64,000 nt of DNA from an uncultured Candidatus Rokubacteria bacterium (GCA_963762145.1 CAVXJS010000021.1:576001-640000); one strand, 5' to 3'; shown: positions 10,387 through 20,545, numbered from the stretch's first letter. Notes: generated by a model from the letters alone, not told the origin. Numbers and translations are program-made.

Positions 10387-12623
10387 GAGCGCCCCCTCAT
10401 CCTGCCCTCTCCCCCTCCGGGGGCGAGGGCTCCCGGACTCCCCCCTCTCCCCTCCGGGGAGAGGGCAGAGTGAGGGGCCAGGGTCATCACGATGTTGCCG
10501 CTCGCGGCCACGCGCGCGGTGGCGCCGGGGCCGACCACGAGCGTGGAGCCCTCTTCCTCCACCACCGCGGGACCGGCCAGCTCGTCGCCGATGCCGAGGC
10601 GGTAGCGGTCGTACACCGCGGTCTCCACCCAGCCGTCTGCGCCCGGGAAATAGGCCCGCCGCGTGCCCTTGAGCGCGCCGCGCGCCCCGCCCCCTCGGCG
10701 GCCCTCGAGCACGACATCGCTGCCCGAGACGGGCGCCCGCACCGCCACGCGGATGTTGATGAACTCCACCGGCACGCCCGGCGGCGTCAGCGCGAACTTC
10801 TCCCGGTAGGCGGTCTCGAACGCGCCGCGCAGGACCGCGCGCCCCGGTCCGCTGTCCTGATAGGGTCCCGGCGGCAGCGGCACCACCAGGTCGAAACCCT
10901 GGCCGAGGAACCGGCCGTCGGCCAGCCGCTGCACGGTGGCGCTCTCGAGCTTGAGCCCGGTCTCGGCCATCACCGCGCGCGCCTCGTCCTCCAGCCGCGC
11001 GAATGCGGCCTCGAGCGTCGCGATGCTGCCCTGGTCCAGGCGGATGCCGACGGTGGCTACCCGGTCCACACGCGCCGGCGCCACCAGGAGACCGAGCGCG
11101 GAGGCGACGCCGGCCGACGGCGGGCAGATCACGCGGCCGATCCCGAGCTTGCGCGCCACCGAGAAGGCGTGGACCGGCCCGGCACCGCCCGTGCAGAGCA
11201 GCGCGTAGTCGCGCGGATCGCGCCCGCGCTCCGCGATGTGCACCCGTGCGGCGCCTGCCATGTTCTCGTTGACGATGTCGTGGATCCCCCACGCGACCTT
11301 CGTGGACTCGAGCGCGAGCCGCCGCGACAGCCCCTCGACCGCGGCGAGCGCGGCCGCCATGTCCACCGCCACCTCGCCGCCCGCGAAGTAGTCCGGGTTG
11401 AGATAGCCGAGCAGGAAATCGGCGTCGGTCACGGTGGGCTCGCGGCCGCCCAGGCCGTAGGAGGCCGGGCCGGGATGCGAGCCCGCGCTCCGGGGGCCGA
11501 CCTTCAGGAGCCCGATCTCGTCCACCGCCGCGATGCTGCCGCCGCCCGCGCCGATCTCGATCAGCTCGATCGTCGAGATCCGGATGGGCAGCCCGCTCCC
11601 CTCGATGAAGCGCCGCTGCCGCGCGGCCTCGAAGCTGTAGGCGGTGAGCGGCTCGCCCCCGTCCACCAGCGACAGCTTGGCAGTGGTCCCGCCCATGTCG
11701 AAGGCCAGAATGTTGTGCGAGCCGCTGCCGGAGGCGAGGCGAGCGGATACGGAAGATCCCGCCGAGCGGAGCGAGGCGCCCGCGCTGTCCGGCTGGCCGA
11801 AGAAGGCGGCCGCGATGGCGCCGGCGGCCGGGCCCGACTCCAGCATCTGCACCGGCACGCGCTGCGCTTCCTGCACGTGGGTGAGCCCGCCGCTCGAGAG
11901 CATCAGCAGGAGCGGCGACGGGATGCCCAGCTCCGCCACGCGCCGGGCCATCAGGGCGAGGTACTTCTGGGCGAGCGGCTTGATGTACGCGTTGGCCGCG
12001 GTGGTGGAGGCGCGCTCGTACTCGCGGATCTCCGGGGCCACCTCGTGCGAGGTGGTCACCGCGATCCCGGGATGGCGCTTCACGATCAGCCGCGCCGCCT
12101 CCGCCTCGTGGCGCGGGTTGGCGTAGGCGTGCAGGAACACCACCGCGATGGCCTCGACCCCCGCCTTCGCCAGCGCGGCGGCCCGGGCGGCCAGCATCCG
12201 CGTGTCCAGGCGCCGCGCGATGCCCCCGTCGGCGCGCGTCCGCTCGGCGACCTCGAGGCGAAGATGGCGCGGCACGAGCGGCTCGGGCTTGGCGATGGCC
12301 AGGTCGTAGAGCTCGTACTTGCGCTCGCGCCCGATCTCGAGCGTGTCCGCGAAGCCCGCGGTGGTGATGAGCCCGGTGATCGCGCCCTTGCGCTCGATCA
12401 GCGCGTTGGTGAAGAGCGTGGTCGCGTGGACTGTCCTCGCGAAGGAGCCGGGGTCGAGCCGTTCCTGGGTCAGCAGGCCCGCCACCCCGGCGGCCACCGC
12501 GCGCGCGGGATCGTCGTGGGTGGTGAGCACCTTGCGGCTCACGCTGGTTCCCGCCTCGTGGTCGTAGACCACGAGGTCGGTGAAGGTTCCTCCGATGTCG
12601 ATACCGAGCGAGTACTGGGCCAC
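10383..12623 (-). CDS. Hydantoinase A / oxoprolinase family subunit
   Basis: GIDIGGTFTD, HATTLFTNALIER, EYERASTT, ESGPAAG, DMGGTT, IGAGGGSIA, GPRSAGSHPGPA, TVTDA. Confidence 0.95.
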   Translation of the reverse strand: MAQYSLGIDIGGTFTDLVVYDHEAGTSVSRKVLTTHDDPARAVAAGVAGLLTQERLDPGSFARTVHATTLFTNALIERKGAITGLITTAGFADTLEIGRERKYELYDLAIAKPEPLVPRHLRLEVAERTRADGGIARRLDTRMLAARAAALAKAGVEAIAVVFLHAYANPRHEAEAARLIVKRHPGIAVTTSHEVAPEIREYERASTTAANAYIKPLAQKYLALMARRVAELGIPSPLLLMLSSGGLTHVQEAQRVPVQMLESGPAAGAIAAAFFGQPDSAGASLRSAGSSVSARLASGSGSHNILAFDMGGTTAKLSLVDGGEPLTAYSFEAARQRRFIEGSGLPIRISTIELIEIGAGGGSIAAVDEIGLLKVGPRSAGSHPGPASYGLGGREPTVTDADFLLGYLNPDYFAGGEVAVDMAAALAAVEGLSRRLALESTKVAWGIHDIVNENMAGAARVHIAERGRDPRDYALLCTGGAGPVHAFSVARKLGIGRVICPPSAGVASALGLLVAPARVDRVATVGIRLDQGSIATLEAAFARLEDEARAVMAETGLKLESATVQRLADGRFLGQGFDLVVPLPPGPYQDSGPGRAVLRGAFETAYREKFALTPPGVPVEFINIRVAVRAPVSGSDVVLEGRRGGGARGALKGTRRAYFPGADGWVETAVYDRYRLGIGDELAGPAVVEEEGSTLVVGPGATARVAASGNIVMTLAPHSALSPEGRGGSPGALAPGGGEGRMRGRS
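10392..10477. repeat. Inverted doublet of the REP-like palindrome (REPIN-like) in the hydantoinase A 3' end
   Basis: cccctcatcctgccctctccccctccgggggcgaggg ... ccctctcccctccggggagagggcagagtgagggg; the outer arms are reverse complements. Confidence 0.75.
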
Positions 12624-12636
12624 GGGGCGAGACCCG

Positions 12637-14202
12637 CTACCGGGGGGCCTTCAGCTTGAGGTCCTCCATCGGGGCGGAGTAGGCGAAACCCGGAATCAGG
12701 TTCGCCCCGCTCTCCTCCACCCGCGGGCCGACTCCCCAGATGAAGGCGAGCTCGTAGATCGGGATCGTCGTGACCTGCTCGTGGAGGGTCTTCTGGATCT
12801 GCCCGACCAGCCCCTCGCGCTTCTTCGGGTCCGGCTCGCGGCTCTGACGAACGAAGAGATCGTCCACCTCGGGCAGGCTGCCGTAGGCGTAGATGCCGTT
12901 CTTCGTGGCGTACGGCTCGAGCCGGGTGGCCGCGTTGCCGAAGGTGGCGGTGATCACGAGGATCACCCCGTGCAGCTTCTTCTCGCGCCAGGCCGTGAAG
13001 TAGGCGGCGCGCTCCATGCTGCGCGTCTTGGTTCGGATGCCGACCGCCTGCATGTAGCCCTGGATGGCCTCGCCCATGGAGTTGTACGGCGGGAACGGAT
13101 AGAAATCGCCGCCGTCGAAGCCGTTCGGATAGCCCGCCTCGGCCAGGAGCTTCCTGGCCCGCGCCGGATCATAGGGCGGCGGGTCATACGGGACCGCGAA
13201 CTGGAAGATGCGCGGCACGATGCTGCCGGTGAGCCGCGAGAACCCGAGCGTCTCCGCCTGGTTCACCGCCTGCCGGTCGATGGCGTGGCTGGCGGCCAGC
13301 CGCACCCGGCGATCGTGCCACGGCGACTTGGGGTCCCACTGGTCCGGCAGCTCGAGCCAGAACGCGCCGGACAGGAGCGGGGCCACCACCTTGAAGCCCG
13401 CCGTCTTCTGGATGGCCTCCGCGGTCGGGCCGGTGAGCAGATAGGCGATGTCCACCTCGCCGGTGCGCAGCGCGGCCGCGCGCGTGCTCTCCTCCGGCAT
13501 CGAGCGCATCACCAGGCGCTTTACCGACGGCGCCTTGCGCCAGTAGCCGTCGAAGGCCTCCATGACGATCTCGACGCCCGGCTTGAAGGCGACCACCTTG
13601 TACGGGCCCGCGCCGACCGGCGCGGTCTTGAAGCCGTCCTCGCCCACCTGCTGCACGTACTTCTTCGGCACGATCCAGGCGGCACCGGACGCGGTCGTGC
13701 CGTAGAACGTCATGAAGTCGCCCCACGGCTCCTTGAGCACGAAGCGCACCTGATTGGGCGCGAGGACCTGCACCTCCTTGACCTTGTCCTTCAGAAGAGC
13801 GTTGCTCGCGCCCTTGTACCGCTCGAAGGAGAACTTCACGTCCTCGGCGGTGACCGGCTCGCCGTTGTGGAAGCGGGCGTTCTTCCGGATCGTGAACGTG
13901 TAGGCAAGCCGGTCCTTCGACTCCTGCCACGATTCGGCCAGGCTCGGCTGGCTGAGCCCGCCCGGCATCGGCTTCACGAGCGCGTCGTGCACCGCGTAGA
14001 GCACCATGAACGGAGTGTTGAACGCCTCGGTCTCGGCGGGATCCAGCCACTTGGCGGCCAGGGTGACGTGCAGGCCCCAGCGCATCTCGCCCTCGGCGGC
14101 GAAGGCCGGGGTAGGACGGGCCAGCATGGCGAAGCCGACCAGCAGCACGGCCATCACGAGCACGGCGAGCGAGGCGATCCGGCGCGGACGAGGTGTGGTC
14201 AT
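12637..14202 (-). CDS. ABC transporter substrate-binding protein, family 5 (peptide/nickel type)
   Basis: Signal peptide; PSLAESW, FHNGEPVTAEDVKFSF, PVGAGPYK, RVRLAASHAIDRQ. Confidence 0.93.
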   Translation of the reverse strand: MTTPRPRRIASLAVLVMAVLLVGFAMLARPTPAFAAEGEMRWGLHVTLAAKWLDPAETEAFNTPFMVLYAVHDALVKPMPGGLSQPSLAESWQESKDRLAYTFTIRKNARFHNGEPVTAEDVKFSFERYKGASNALLKDKVKEVQVLAPNQVRFVLKEPWGDFMTFYGTTASGAAWIVPKKYVQQVGEDGFKTAPVGAGPYKVVAFKPGVEIVMEAFDGYWRKAPSVKRLVMRSMPEESTRAAALRTGEVDIAYLLTGPTAEAIQKTAGFKVVAPLLSGAFWLELPDQWDPKSPWHDRRVRLAASHAIDRQAVNQAETLGFSRLTGSIVPRIFQFAVPYDPPPYDPARARKLLAEAGYPNGFDGGDFYPFPPYNSMGEAIQGYMQAVGIRTKTRSMERAAYFTAWREKKLHGVILVITATFGNAATRLEPYATKNGIYAYGSLPEVDDLFVRQSREPDPKKREGLVGQIQKTLHEQVTTIPIYELAFIWGVGPRVEESGANLIPGFAYSAPMEDLKLKAPR

Positions 14203-14295
14203 GGCGAGAAGCTAGGGCCCGCGGCGCGTCCCGTCAAGTGGGGTTGTTGACAGCGCGCGGGCGCGGCGACCATACTCCCGGCACTCTCCGGAAGT

Positions 14296-14610
14296 TCCCT
14301 CGAGTGGCTCCACGGCAAGGACACGTTCGGGAAATGGTTCGCGGTCGAGAACGGCTACCGCGTGGGGGCCACCACCATGTGGGAGAACCACGCGATGTGG
14401 AACACGGTGGACGTCGCGCTCAGGCCGTTCCGGGTCGCCGCGCGAGGCTCGCGGATGATCGGCCACGCCGGCCCCTCGAACGCCAAGGCCACCGAGGTTT
14501 ACAGCAAGTACATCATCACCGTCATCTTCGCCAAGGCGGCCCAGGGCACGTCGCCCGACGACGCGGTGAAGTGGGGTGAGGTCGAGCTGAAAAAGATCTA
14601 CGAGGGCTGA
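14296..14610 (+). pseudogene. 5'-truncated relic of an extracellular solute-binding protein (C-terminal ~100 aa)
   Basis: Reads LEWLHGKDTFGKWFAVENGYRVG...ATEVYSKYIITVIFAKAAQGTSPDDAVKWGEVELKKIYEG*; no signal peptide or N-terminal lobe. Confidence 0.6.
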
Positions 14611-14636
14611 GCCGGCGGACGGCGCCCCGCCCGCGA

Positions 14637-15543
14637 TCAGAAGATCGCGAGCGGGTGCGCCGGCGCGCCCGTCGCGCCGACCAGGCGCAGCGGCGTGGCG
14701 GTGAACAGGAACTCGTTGCGCCCTTCCTCGGCGCAGGCCTTGGCCAGGCGCTCCGGATCCGAGTTGTCGATCAGGGCCAGACCCAGGAACGGGATCGCGA
14801 GGTGCGCCGACATCCCGAAGCCCGGGTAGCGGCTCGGGCGCTCGTCCATCATGTCCCACGAGATGCCCGCGATGTCCTTGGCGCGGAACCACTCGAGGCA
14901 GGAGAGATGGAGGCCCGGGTGCTCGGAGATCCGCGGCTTCCAGTCCGGATTCTCGAGGCGGAACTTCTCGTCGCCGCTGCGCACCACCACCACGTCGCCC
15001 GGCTCCACCTTCACGCCGGCGCGCCGCTCCGCCTCGTCGAGCTCCCGCGGCGTGACCGGGTGGCCGACCGTGACGTAGCCCTTCCTTGCGTCCCGCCGCG
15101 ATGTCGAGGAAGACGCCGCGCGTGGTGATGCCCCGTTCGAAGATCGGGTCGATGGGGCACCAGAGCGCGCCCTCGGTGGTGAGGCTGTCCGCGAACGAGC
15201 GGCCGTTGTAGAGCTCGCCGTCCCAGCCCACGTGGCAGAGCGCGTCCACGTGGGTGATCCAGAAGCCGTGGTAGACCATGTCGAAGCGGTCGAGCACCAC
15301 GTTCACCCGCTCGCGCTTGGACGGAAACGTCACGTGATACATGTACACCGGCCGCGGGATCACGTCGCGCGCGAGCGACACGGTGCGGCCCTTCTTGATC
15401 AGCCGCTGCGCCTGCGCCTGCTTGGCCGGCGTGATCAGGTTCACGGTGCCGAGCTGGTCGTCGTGCCCCCAGCGGCCCCAGTTGTTCAGCTCCTTGAAGT
15501 ACCCCTCGACGCGGTCGCGGGTGGGCAGGACGACATCGGCCAT
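14637..15543 (-). CDS. Cyclase family (kynurenine formamidase-like) metallohydrolase, frameshift near 15080
   Basis: NNWGRWGHDDQLGTVNLIT, THVDALCH, TRGVFLD, then VEPGDVVVVRSG, PLRLVGATGAPAHPLAIF. Confidence 0.9.
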
Positions 15544-15565
15544 CGGACGGATCCTTTCCTGGCGG

Positions 15566-15985
15566 CTAGCGGCGCGAGCCGAGACGGAAGCCGAGCGCCG
15601 ACGAGGCGATGAGCAGCAGGAGGACGGGCGGCAGGAGCGCGCGGGGGCTCAGGACGGCAGCGGACAGGACCGCGCCGGTCCCGAACGCGGCCCAGAGCGC
15701 CCACCATGCGCCGGTCCCACGCCGGGCCAGGGCCCGCGCGAGCGCCGCGCCGAGCAGGGTGCCGAGCGCAACCGTGAAGAGCAGGGCCACGGGCAGATAG
15801 CCCGTGGGGCCCGACGCGGCGGGATCGAGGAGGGCGGCCATGCGCCACCCGGGGCCCCAGACCGCGGACGACAGGAGAAACCACGCGACGGCGGCGAGAT
15901 GCGGGGCCACGAGCCCCGCGAGGGCGGCCAGCAGCGCATCGCGGACCGTGCGCACCGGCAGGGCGGCCATGACCTGCGTCGTCAT
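15566..15985 (-). CDS. Hypothetical integral membrane protein
   Basis: About four hydrophobic segments (MTTQVMAALPVR...LGFRLGSRR). Confidence 0.6.
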   Translation of the reverse strand: MTTQVMAALPVRTVRDALLAALAGLVAPHLAAVAWFLLSSAVWGPGWRMAALLDPAASGPTGYLPVALLFTVALGTLLGAALARALARRGTGAWWALWAAFGTGAVLSAAVLSPRALLPPVLLLLIASSALGFRLGSRR

Positions 15986-16117
15986 GGCCGGAAAGGTAGC
16001 ACGATCCCCGCGACGCCGGATACTCGGCGACGCCATCATGGCGTTTCGCAACGGACTGGCGACGAACGCATGGCGTGTGGTAGCGTCCCCGTGCCCCGGC
16101 CTGCCCCGGGGTACCGC

Positions 16118-16966
16118 ATGCCGAGCTCGAGCCTTCGCCACGTCCTCGATGAGATGTCCGCCTACGTGCGGACCATCCGGGCCCACGAGGCCGGCGCGCG
16201 TGCGGGCCGCGGTCCCAAGCATCTCCACGAGATGCGCGCCGCCGTCCGCCGCCTCCGGGCGACGCTGCGCGCGAGCCGGGAGCTCTTCGACCCCGAGTGG
16301 GTCGACCGCCTCCGGGACGAGCTGGACTGGCTGGGCGGCGCGCTCGGGCACCTCCGCGACCTGGATGTCCTCCATGCCTACCTGCGTCCCCGGCTGGCCG
16401 CGCTCGAGGGCTCCGAGCATCGGGCGGGGCAACGGGTGCTCCGGCGTCTCTCCGCCGACCGGGTCCGGGCGCGCGCCGCCCTCAACGAGGCGCTCGACAG
16501 CCCGCGATATCCAGGGCTCCTGGAGCAGCTCGAGACATTCCTCTCGAAGCCGCCCGCGTTGGCATCGGACGTCTCCCTGCCCGACGTCGCCACGACGGAG
16601 TGGAAGCGCCTGCGCAAGGCGGTCCAGAAGCTGCCCGGACGCCCGAGTGCCGACGAGCTCCACGCGGTGCGCATCAAGGTCAAGCGCGCGCGCTACGCCG
16701 CGGAGCTGGCGCGGGCCGCCGCGGGTGAGCGCGGCAAGCGCTTCATCCGCCAGGCGAAGAAGCTGCAAGACATCCTTGGCGATCTGCAGGACGCTGTGGT
16801 AATCGAACAGTATCTCCACGATGCCATCGATCGCACGGAGCCCGCGCAGGTCCTCGGCAATGACCTCGTCAAGCGGCAGCGGAAGCGCCGGAAGAAAGCC
16901 CGCGCCGCTTTCTTCGAGGAGTGGCCGAAGCTCAAGCGGCGCGGCCGAGAGGCGTGGATCGCCTGA
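16118..16966 (+). CDS. CHAD domain (polyphosphate-binding) protein
   Basis: LHEMRAAVRRLRA, LGHLRDLDV, LHAVRIKVKRARYAAE, LQDILGDLQD. Confidence 0.92.
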   Translation: MPSSSLRHVLDEMSAYVRTIRAHEAGARAGRGPKHLHEMRAAVRRLRATLRASRELFDPEWVDRLRDELDWLGGALGHLRDLDVLHAYLRPRLAALEGSEHRAGQRVLRRLSADRVRARAALNEALDSPRYPGLLEQLETFLSKPPALASDVSLPDVATTEWKRLRKAVQKLPGRPSADELHAVRIKVKRARYAAELARAAAGERGKRFIRQAKKLQDILGDLQDAVVIEQYLHDAIDRTEPAQVLGNDLVKRQRKRRKKARAAFFEEWPKLKRRGREAWIA

Positions 16967-16975
16967 CGGTAGCTC

Positions 16976-17062
16976 GTGAAGCTGCTGCTCATCCGGCACG
17001 CCCCCGCGGAGCTCCGCTGGTTCGCCATGCCGCGCATCCTCCGCTCGCTCGGCGGCGCGTAG
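16976..17062 (+). pseudogene. sixA: Internally deleted SixA phosphohistidine phosphatase relic (28 aa)
   Basis: GTG...TAG encodes MKLLLIRHAPAELRWFAMPRILRSLGGA: SixA-type N-terminal RH motif joined to a SixA-type C-terminal strand, in the usual CHAD-sixA-ppx position. Confidence 0.7.
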
Positions 17063-17075
17063 GCTCCCGCCCGTC

Positions 17076-18026
17076 ATGGCCCGACGCGCGAAGAGGCGGC
17101 GGCGCACGGATCTGCTCGCGATCGTGGACCTGGGCTCGGCGGCGGTCCGCTTCATCATCGCGCGCATCCGGCCGAGCTCCCGCTACGACATCCTGGTCGA
17201 GGAGCGGGTGCCGACGCGCCTCGGCAGCGGGGCCCCCGGCACCCTGCCGGCCCGCGCGATCGAGAAGACCATCCGTGCCGTCCACCGCTTCTTCGCGCGC
17301 CACTCACCCCAGCGGCACGAGGGTCCCCGCGTGCTGGCCATCGCGACCTCGGCGGTCCGCGACGCGCTGAACCGCGACCGCCTCCTCGATCCGCTGCGGC
17401 GCGAGGAGGGCATCGAGGTCCGCATCCTGAGCGCGCGGGACGAGGCGCGCCTGGGGGTGGCCGCCGCGCGCGCAAGCCTGTACTTCGGCGACGCGCTGGT
17501 GGCGGACCTGGGCGGCGCGAGCCTGCAGCTCAGCCGGGTCCGCGGCGGGCGCATCGTCTCGATGGCGAGCCTGCCCCTGGGCGCGGTGCGCACCACGCAC
17601 CAGTTCCTGCGCCACGATCCGCCCACCCGGCAGGAGCTCCGCGCGTTCCGCGACGTCATCCGCGAGCGGCTGCGCCCGGCCCTGCCCGCCGCCGAGCGCG
17701 GCGAGGAATTGATCGGCCTGGGCGGCACCATGCGCACGCTCGCCAGCGTTCACCTCCGCGCGACGCACGGCGAACGCAAGCACCGCAACGGCCTCGTGCT
17801 CCACCAGTCCGACGTGACCGCGATCCGCGAGCGGCTCGAGGCCCTCTCCGCGCGGCGGCGCCGGAAGATCCGCGGGCTCAGGGAGGAGCGCGCCGACATC
17901 ATCCTGGCGGGGGCGATGGTGGTGGAAGAGGTGATGATCTTCGGCGGCTACCTGCGCCTCGTGATCTGCACCCGCGGCGTGCGCGACGGGCTGCTCTTCC
18001 AGGAAGCCTCGAAGCGCCGGTTCTGA
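17076..18026 (+). CDS. ppx: Ppx/GppA family exopolyphosphatase
   Basis: AIVDLGS, IATSAVRDA, ILSARDEARL, DLGGASLQ, PLGAVR, GLGGT, RADIILAG, GVRDG. Confidence 0.9.
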   Translation: MARRAKRRRRTDLLAIVDLGSAAVRFIIARIRPSSRYDILVEERVPTRLGSGAPGTLPARAIEKTIRAVHRFFARHSPQRHEGPRVLAIATSAVRDALNRDRLLDPLRREEGIEVRILSARDEARLGVAAARASLYFGDALVADLGGASLQLSRVRGGRIVSMASLPLGAVRTTHQFLRHDPPTRQELRAFRDVIRERLRPALPAAERGEELIGLGGTMRTLASVHLRATHGERKHRNGLVLHQSDVTAIRERLEALSARRRRKIRGLREERADIILAGAMVVEEVMIFGGYLRLVICTRGVRDGLLFQEASKRRF

Positions 18027-18038
18027 GCGCCGGCCGGC

Positions 18039-19220
18039 TCAGCCGAGCAGGACCGCGTCCACCGGACGCCGCGGGCTCGGCCCGGCGGGCTGCGTGGGCA
18101 GCCCCGCCCTGAACGCGAAGGTGGGCTTCCAGTCGGGCTCCCCGGTCAGCGCGGCCAGCGCCTCGGCGGCGCGCGGCGGCTTCCCCTGCTCGCGCTCCCG
18201 GTCCACCATCTCCACCGGCTGGTTGATCGGCTGCATCGCGAGCCCGCGGGCGGTGCCCATGAGGTGCAGGCGCTGCCAGCGCTGTCCCGCGCGCAGGGCC
18301 TGCGGGCGATCGTAGAGATCGCGGACCGCGATCAGGCCGAAGAGCGCGGTGGTGGGAATCTGCACGTCGCGGGTGGCATCGCGCCAGTAGCGATGGCTCG
18401 TCTCGGCCGAGGCGGCCGGCATCAGCTTGGCCATCGCGGTGACGAAGGAGCCGAGGCCGGCCGCGTCCAGGGTGAGCCCGTCGCGCCGCCGCTGCACGTC
18501 GGGCCAGCGATGACGGAACCACCGCTCGCTGGCCTCCACCATCGCGGGGTCCGCGATGATCGCGTCGGTGGCGGAGAGCACCAGATCGCCGAACTGCTTG
18601 CGCTCGCCCGGCGCCGAGAAGAGGAAGAGGCGCACGTCGGTGTCGTCCTGGAACGCGCCCCACATCTCCTCCAGCGCGCCGGCCGGCAGCGGGCGACCGA
18701 CCGCGTAGGCGCCCCGATCGGTGTGCCGCCGCGGGATGGCCTCCACGAGCTGGTCCGGCCGCGGCCGGCCCGGGGCGAGCCTGAGCGTCGCCACCGGCTG
18801 GGGGCGGGGCGACGGGGTGGCCGCGAGCGGGCCCGGATGCAGCGTGACCGCGACGTCATAGCCCAGGACGCGGGCGGTCCGGGTCATGTTCTCGAGCGCG
18901 CAGCCGAGTCCGATGTGCATCTCGCGCAGGTAGGGATCGAAGGCGCCGAGGTTGCGCCGCACGTCGGCGAAGAGCTCGATGCGCGTCGCGCCCACCTGGA
19001 AGAGCCACGGCTGGGTGTTGTGGGGATTGGCGGCGAGGATGCCGGCCCGCACCAGCCCGAGCGGCCCCGGCGCCTCGTCGCTCCGCCAGTTCGTCCACGG
19101 CTCGTACGCCACGCCGGCCCCGGCCGAGAAGACCCCCTGATCGAACACCCGCCAGACCAGTCCCCCCGCGGCCACGACCGCGACGGCTCCCGCACCTTTC
19201 AGCCACGCCCGGCGGTTCAC
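18039..19220 (-). CDS. Acg-family nitroreductase-like FMN protein with Tat-like leader
   Basis: MNRRAWLKG; LAANPHNTQPW, GLGCALEN, RRHTDR, AGQRWQRLHL, SPRRP. Confidence 0.85.
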   Translation of the reverse strand: MNRRAWLKGAGAVAVVAAGGLVWRVFDQGVFSAGAGVAYEPWTNWRSDEAPGPLGLVRAGILAANPHNTQPWLFQVGATRIELFADVRRNLGAFDPYLREMHIGLGCALENMTRTARVLGYDVAVTLHPGPLAATPSPRPQPVATLRLAPGRPRPDQLVEAIPRRHTDRGAYAVGRPLPAGALEEMWGAFQDDTDVRLFLFSAPGERKQFGDLVLSATDAIIADPAMVEASERWFRHRWPDVQRRRDGLTLDAAGLGSFVTAMAKLMPAASAETSHRYWRDATRDVQIPTTALFGLIAVRDLYDRPQALRAGQRWQRLHLMGTARGLAMQPINQPVEMVDREREQGKPPRAAEALAALTGEPDWKPTFAFRAGLPTQPAGPSPRRPVDAVLLG

Positions 19221-19330
19221 GCCAGAAAAGGTAACACGGCCGCCCGGTTGACCGTCGCGCGGCGCCCGTGCTACAAGCGGGGCTACCCCAACGGACGCGC
19301 CAGCCGCAGGCCCGGCAAGGAGGCCCCGCC

Positions 19331-20545
19331 ATGGATCTCAACTACACCGCCGAGGACGTCGCCTTCCGCAAGCAGGTCCGCACGTGGCTCGAGCTGAACA
19401 TGCCACGGCAGATCCGGAACCTTGACGAGCGCAAGGCCTGGCATCGCAAGCTCTACGAGGGCGGCTACCTCGGCATGGGATGGCCGAAGGAGTACGGGGG
19501 CCAGGGCGCGCGGCCGATGGAGCAGGCGATCGTCGCCGACGAGATGGCGCGGGCGGGCGCGCCCGCCCCGACCAACAGCCTGGGAGTCGGCATCGTCGGC
19601 CCCACCATCGTGGTGCACGGCACCGACGCCCAGAAGCGGCGCTACCTCCGGAAGATCCTCACCGCGGAGGAGATGTGGTGCCAGCTCTACTCCGAGCCGA
19701 ACGCGGGCTCCGACCTCGCCGCGCTGCGGACCAGCGCGGAGGACAAGGGCGACCACTTCCAGGTCAACGGCCAGAAGATCTGGACGAGCGGCGGCGCGAT
19801 CGCCGACTGGGGCCTTCTGCTCGCGCGCACCGATCCCGCGGTGGCCAAGCACAAGGGCATCAGCTGCTTCCTGATGAACATGCGCCAGCCCGGCGTGGAC
19901 GTGCGCCCGCTCAAGCAGATCACCGGCTCCTCGGAGTTCTGCGAGGTGTTCATGACCAACGCGCGGGTGGAGAAGGAGAACCAGATCGGCCGCCTGGGCG
20001 AGGGCTGGGGCATCGCGCAGACCACCCTCGGCTACGAGCGCGGAGGCCGCGCGCTGGCCCGCATCACCACCTACGCCTCGCAGTACCGGCAGCTGATGGA
20101 CGCGGCGCGCCGCCTCAAGCGCAACGGCCGCCCGATCCTGGACGACGCGGTCACGCGCCAGAAGCTCGGCCGGATCTGGGCCGATCTGGAGGTGGAGCGC
20201 TACGGCGCCCTGCGCGTGCTGACCCTCCTGGAGCGCGGCGAGCATCCCGGCGCGGGCGGCTCGCTCACCAAGCTCTCCTACTCGGAGTTCGAGAAGCGCT
20301 TCATGGAGCTGGCCGAGGAGATCCTCGGCCCGTACGGGCAGCTCACCGACGGAGTGCCCCCCGAGTACCGATTGGAGGTCGACACCGCGGTGGGCGATCA
20401 CGGCACCTGGGCCTACGCGTTCCTGTGGTCGCGCGCGGGCACGATCTACGCCGGCTCCTCGGAGGTCCAGAAGAACGTCATCGGGGAGCGCATCCTCGGG
20501 CTGCCGAAGGAATCCCGGGCCGATCGCGTCGGAGGCATTCGATGA
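19331..20545 (+). CDS. Acyl-CoA dehydrogenase
   Basis: WCQLYSEPNAGSDLA, NGQKIWTS, TLGYER, TIYAGSSEVQKNVIGERILGLP. Confidence 0.95.
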   Translation: MDLNYTAEDVAFRKQVRTWLELNMPRQIRNLDERKAWHRKLYEGGYLGMGWPKEYGGQGARPMEQAIVADEMARAGAPAPTNSLGVGIVGPTIVVHGTDAQKRRYLRKILTAEEMWCQLYSEPNAGSDLAALRTSAEDKGDHFQVNGQKIWTSGGAIADWGLLLARTDPAVAKHKGISCFLMNMRQPGVDVRPLKQITGSSEFCEVFMTNARVEKENQIGRLGEGWGIAQTTLGYERGGRALARITTYASQYRQLMDAARRLKRNGRPILDDAVTRQKLGRIWADLEVERYGALRVLTLLERGEHPGAGGSLTKLSYSEFEKRFMELAEEILGPYGQLTDGVPPEYRLEVDTAVGDHGTWAYAFLWSRAGTIYAGSSEVQKNVIGERILGLPKESRADRVGGIR

